Of a stretch of DNA of 46,613 bases, positions 42,545 to 46,613 are shown in pieces. The position numbers were made by a program, and so were the translations under genes. The stretch covers positions 1-46,613 of the forward strand of contig MRSU01010545.1 of NCBI GenBank assembly GCA_008369845.1, given 5' to 3'. Numbering within the stretch: the stretch's first letter is position 1; each line of letters starts with the position of its first letter. A model generated the notes under the pieces. The model did no database searches. It had not been told where the DNA came from and saw nothing but the letters and a program-made list of their open reading frames with translations. Source of the DNA: Trichomonas gallinae. Its lineage: Eukaryota.

Positions 42545-43936
42545 TTATTCGAAATCGTCGTAGTTTGGATCCATACTAACAAGCTCTATTATACTAATTT
42601 CAATAGAATTCGGTCTGCATGCAGCTTTGTCATATATCTGATCATAAATATCTCGAACGAAATTAAAAGCATCAGAATCGAATATCTGAGGCAACAACGA
42701 CTCATCATGGTCTCTAGCGTAGTCAGTAATTTGCGATAATGATTCTGTAAGCTCCTGCCCGCACACATTCCACATTGCTTCAAGATTATCAAGAATTATA
42801 TCAAGGATTCCTAAATTAAGGAACCTCTCAATGCATTCTTCATCAGAAACAGAGACTAAAGATGCAATTGCCCTTAATGCGTGTGTTTTAAGCTTGTATT
42901 CTATGTCGCTGCAGTATATATTATACAGTATTTCAACAATACCTTCATTGAAAGCATAATTTGAAATATTCGGAATTGAATATGAACATTCATGGAAAAA
43001 ATTAGCTATAGATGGTATGTAGTTGATGTCATTGCTTCTAATATATGGAATCATTAGTTCAATGATGATTCCAGCTAAATCTTTAGGAAAATCTTCTTTT
43101 TCCATTACACAGACAGATAGGAATCTAATAAACTCTCTACATAGCTGTATATTCCCGATATCAAAGCTTTTCACTGTTGAAATGAATGCAGCATTCTTTA
43201 AAAAATAATTTACATAATTTGCTGATGCTTGAACGAAATTATTAAAAACAGAAAACAAAATAAATCTGATTTGATCACTTGTGCTGTTATCGACAAAAAT
43301 ACAAAGTAATTTAGCGAGATAAGCAAGAATTTGAGGATGATTTTGATCATAATTTGAATATGTCGCGAAACACATAAGATGGGCTAGAAAATCTTTGGAG
43401 TTCATATCTTCATTGTTCAATATTTCTAACAATCTTTCTATAAATCCATTCGCTGACAAAAAATTAAATACAATATTATAAATATCACGGTAATAGTCTG
43501 CTGATTCTTTGATCATTGATTCTTTGGGCTTTTTATTATAAATAAGTAGCTGCTGAAATAGCGAAAAAGCCATTGTATTTGGGAGATAATTCCATAACTC
43601 CAAGTGAATGTTGTATTTGACATAGTAATTGCAAATATTCGACGTTTTTATTAATAAAGCAAATAATATGCAAACATAATCTGATAATTCTGTTGAATTT
43701 GACTTTTGTGGATTCAATAATTGAATTAAATTCAATGAACTTTGCCAGTAATCAATATCCAGCTCTTTCTCGTTGAATTCTTTAATCAAAAAGAAAATAT
43801 TATTTTGCAATTCTTCTAAATCTTCCGAAATTACGAACTTTCCTGCGATATCTATATCATCATTTTCATTGGCATCGTTGTCATGACGGATTGGGACAAC
43901 CTGTTTTTGTTTTTGCTCAGTATTGATGGAATGCAA
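42545..43936 (-). CDS. ARM-repeat protein (paralogue-like to 40373-41773); apparent start codon is TTG, first in-frame ATG at codon ~122
   Basis: EGIVEILYNI...LKTHALRAIASLV...FLNLGILDIILDNL ARM pattern; upstream in-frame context TAA TTA TTA AAT TTG CAT. Confidence 0.55.
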   Translation of the reverse strand: MHSINTEQKQKQVVPIRHDNDANENDDIDIAGKFVISEDLEELQNNIFFLIKEFNEKELDIDYWQSSLNLIQLLNPQKSNSTELSDYVCILFALLIKTSNICNYYVKYNIHLELWNYLPNTMAFSLFQQLLIYNKKPKESMIKESADYYRDIYNIVFNFLSANGFIERLLEILNNEDMNSKDFLAHLMCFATYSNYDQNHPQILAYLAKLLCIFVDNSTSDQIRFILFSVFNNFVQASANYVNYFLKNAAFISTVKSFDIGNIQLCREFIRFLSVCVMEKEDFPKDLAGIIIELMIPYIRSNDINYIPSIANFFHECSYSIPNISNYAFNEGIVEILYNIYCSDIEYKLKTHALRAIASLVSVSDEECIERFLNLGILDIILDNLEAMWNVCGQELTESLSQITDYARDHDESLLPQIFDSDAFNFVRDIYDQIYDKAACRPNSIEISIIELVSMDPNYDDFE

Positions 43937-44095
43937 ATTTAATAATTAATTTTTGCCACGTAAATTATGTCAAATATATTAAGGTTAATTTGCATCATCG
44001 CGATTTTCTTAGATTCATCAATGAAATTAACATCAAGCTGTATATTTCAGTCAAATGGAATCGAACAATCTTCCAAAAACCAAAGTTTTAACAAA

Positions 44096-45010
44096 TTAAG
44101 GAATAATCACAAATGCTTCCTTAATTGATTCTTGGTTCTTAATGGAATCAATTTCTATCTTATAAACACGTCCATTCTTACCAACTAAATAGATTAAACC
44201 AGTATTTTGGTCAAAAGCTGCATAAACAGGCATATCGTTAATGTTAAACCTACTAACATGATCTGTACTGCGTTCTTTGTGTATATCAACTAAATAAATG
44301 GAGCCTGTATGTGTAGAAATAATGATATATTTTTCGGATGGACTAAATGAAAAAGAAATGATATTCTGATCAGATATATTGACGCTGAATTCCATAAATA
44401 GCTTCATCGAAGGAAATTCGTAAACTTTGAAAGATCTTTCGTGATCTCCAACGCAAGCAACCAATCTACCTGAAGGACTTGACTTTATATATGACAAATC
44501 ATTCTTGAATATGTGTGTATTGTAGATTACTTGACCTGTTGAATAATCCGCTAATTGAATAACTCCTTTTGTTCCTTCTAAGAACAAAATGTAATTGTGC
44601 CTTGTACTTAGTGGGCAGTCGAATGATTTGCTGCTTGTAAAAACTGTTTCAAAAGATGCTTTTTCTATAAAATTCGAAAGATTAAAAATATATATCTTCT
44701 GGTGAGTAGAAACCACCACCTCTTTCTTAGTCATATGTATTTGGACAATTGTATCTGGTAAATCAAGTGATGTTAAAAGTTTTCCATTTTTATTTTCATA
44801 AAAGTATAATGTTTTAGCTTTCTGGTCATTTACCGTGCACGATATTATGTTGCTATTTGGTATAGAATCCAGTAAAGAAACATTCAGAATATAAATTGTA
44901 TTTATTTTTCTCGCTCTTAGTAAATCATAATGGATGATGTTGTGCGCCGTCACAATGTAAGCCTCCATGTTGGAAAGAATCTGTACATGGTTAATAAATT
45001 TCGTAGACAT
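44096..45010 (-). CDS. PROPPIN (Atg18/WIPI-like) WD40 protein lacking the FRRG motif
   Basis: LDLPDTIVQIHMTKKEVVVS...KIYIFNL, SPSGRLVACVG, FKVYEF...EFSVN, IISFSFSP and STHTGSIYL parallel the Atg18 blades. Confidence 0.65.
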   Translation of the reverse strand: MSTKFINHVQILSNMEAYIVTAHNIIHYDLLRARKINTIYILNVSLLDSIPNSNIISCTVNDQKAKTLYFYENKNGKLLTSLDLPDTIVQIHMTKKEVVVSTHQKIYIFNLSNFIEKASFETVFTSSKSFDCPLSTRHNYILFLEGTKGVIQLADYSTGQVIYNTHIFKNDLSYIKSSPSGRLVACVGDHERSFKVYEFPSMKLFMEFSVNISDQNIISFSFSPSEKYIIISTHTGSIYLVDIHKERSTDHVSRFNINDMPVYAAFDQNTGLIYLVGKNGRVYKIEIDSIKNQESIKEAFVIIP

Positions 45011-45185
45011 TTAGAAATTTTTGAACTTTACATGTCAAAAATTTATTTAACAAGAATCAAAACTGATATTTCCGGTTGTGCACAGTGTGAACTTCAAATA
45101 TTATCAATCTCAGTTAACAAAAATAGCTTTTTTGAGATTTTCTACAATTTGATTCTTATGATCCTACTGTATCTATAGTCTTAAA

Positions 45186-45226
45186 TTGGAGGGATTCCGC
45201 TGGGAAGACCAGGTGTCCGCACCTTT
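45186..45226 (+). pseudogene. Short GC-rich segment resembling the 3' third of a eukaryotic 5S rRNA, followed by TTT
   Basis: TTGGAGGGATTCCGCTGGGAAGACCAGGTGTCCGCACCTTT versus the eukaryotic 5S 3' region TTGGATGGGAGACCGCCTGGGAATACCGGGTGCTG (from memory). No 5' half visible. Confidence 0.4.
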
Positions 45227-45343
45227 GCAAAAATGGAATGAAAAATTATAATATCGAAATAATGTTGCAAATCAAAACTATTGGACCAAAAATATGTATA
45301 TGAATAAGTCATTCATTAGCATATGCATAGATAACAAACGTTA

Positions 45344-46033
45344 TTATTCCGTTGGAATATTTGGTTCTACAGGAAGATGCTGTGTGGCACTATTTAATGA
45401 TGCTTGTTTGGTTAATGTGGCAAGTATGTCTTGGCATTCTTTAATGAAACTAAACATTAATTCAGGTTTTTGTACGACAATTTCCCATTGTTTTACGATA
45501 TGGTCATGATAATCTGGATTCTCGAGAACTCTATATACCATTGGAATACACCTTCTTGGTACTAAATTTTCAATTTTTAGATCTTTTGTTCCACTATTAT
45601 TATTTGCATCATTCCTTAAATAGAACTCACTTGTATGATTCTTTGTGTCTTCGATATTCTTCAAAGCATCGCCAATTTGGGAATCTTTAACACATTTTTT
45701 CTGAATATTTTTCCATTTATCTTTAAGATCGCATCTTTGACGCACTGGATTCATTGGATACTCCATTAAGATCTGTGTCCAACATCGATGATATTTTCGA
45801 TATCCATTTAACAAGAATTCTTGTTCTTCATTGGACCATTTCACAGTAACCCTTCTGCTTTTTTGTCCTTTGGTTATTTTTTCGTTTGATTCTTCTTCTT
45901 TATAGTTTTGATAAAAATCAAATGGCTTTTTCTTAGGAATTTTGTTTAAATATTTAAGTTTCTCAATAACCTGACTCAAGGGAACTCCTTTGGACGCATT
46001 GTCTTGAGCAATTCCCGGTTGATTTATATTCAT
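45344..46033 (-). CDS. Single-Myb protein of the telobox (TRF/TRFL-like) type
   Basis: KWSNEEQEFLLNGYRKYHRCWTQILMEY...RQRCDLKDKWKNI; DLKDKW is the telobox signature. Confidence 0.8.
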   Translation of the reverse strand: MNINQPGIAQDNASKGVPLSQVIEKLKYLNKIPKKKPFDFYQNYKEEESNEKITKGQKSRRVTVKWSNEEQEFLLNGYRKYHRCWTQILMEYPMNPVRQRCDLKDKWKNIQKKCVKDSQIGDALKNIEDTKNHTSEFYLRNDANNNSGTKDLKIENLVPRRCIPMVYRVLENPDYHDHIVKQWEIVVQKPELMFSFIKECQDILATLTKQASLNSATQHLPVEPNIPTE

Positions 46034-46250
46034 GAAGATAGATAATAAAGAAACAATTAAAAATAATGAAAAATTAACATCAACAAACTCATTTATTTGA
46101 ACATTTGTTCTATATTTTTCATTTATTTAGTTGAAATTAAAGAATTTTATTCTAAAAATTAAAAATAAAAGAATAAAATGTAGAAAAAAAGATATAATTG
46201 CTAATCATTCATATCTGCGTTCTAGCACAGATAAGTTGTAAGTTGTTTAT

Positions 46251-46613
46251 TTAGATCATTCTCTCGACGAGTTCATCAAGAAGGTGCTCGCGGTTGCCGT
46301 AGTCACCACCTTCGATGTAGTGGCGGTTAACTTTTCTCATGCCACCCTTTGGAGCGTGGAGCTTGAATGGGCATAGGAAGCGGTTAGCAGCAGCGAAGTT
46401 TGGACCAACCGTGTAGATCTCGTGGGCGAGGTCTTCAACAGACTCGATGCCGAACTGGCCAAGACCAACCTTGACGATAGCGTTGTCTGTGATTGGGAGG
46501 CGCTGGCCGTTGAGGGAAGCAGCACCGTGCTGGTAGATGAGCTTGCGGACCATCTCGACAGATGGGTAGCCGAAAGCAACCTGTGGTGTGCAGCGCTTGA
46601 GCATTTCGATTGT
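46251..46613 (-). CDS. RPL7: 60S ribosomal protein L7 (uL30), C-terminal part; gene runs off the window edge
   Basis: VAFGYPS, ITDNAIV, GIESVEDLAHEIYTVGPNF, NRFLCPFKL and EGGDYGNRE; strong codon bias; frame stays open to 46613. Confidence 0.95.
   Translation of the reverse strand, partial: TIEMLKRCTPQVAFGYPSVEMVRKLIYQHGAASLNGQRLPITDNAIVKVGLGQFGIESVEDLAHEIYTVGPNFAAANRFLCPFKLHAPKGGMRKVNRHYIEGGDYGNREHLLDELVERMI

Overview
AT-rich, intron-poor eukaryotic DNA from a parabasalid, most likely Trichomonas (T. vaginalis or a close relative). The assignment rests on TCA(C/T)(T/A) initiator elements just upstream of ATGs, the AAAGTGAC promoter motif, TAA-A stops, a PAS-containing transmembrane adenylyl cyclase, a saposin-like protein and a decayed BspA gene. 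About 20 protein genes are visible. Recognisable ones are MetAP2, CIA1/CIAO1, partial RPL7/uL30, the cyclase, a SAPLIP, a telobox Myb protein, HEAT/ARM proteins and membrane proteins. Main points of interest: (1) a ~1458-codon USP9/24/34-like scaffold gene split by a single in-frame TAG, a codon no other gene here uses as a terminator, and lacking a catalytic Cys box; (2) a coiled-coil protein with ten ~36-aa repeats resembling AKAP-type amphipathic docking helices; (3) several open reading frames for enzyme homologues that have lost catalytic or ligand-binding motifs (PRMT, PPP phosphatase, GH47, TBC, PROPPIN); (4) an ARM gene with no ATG at its apparent start; (5) a short 5S-rRNA-like fragment, plus BspA and ankyrin pseudogene debris. 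All family assignments are by eye from remembered motifs; no searches were run.
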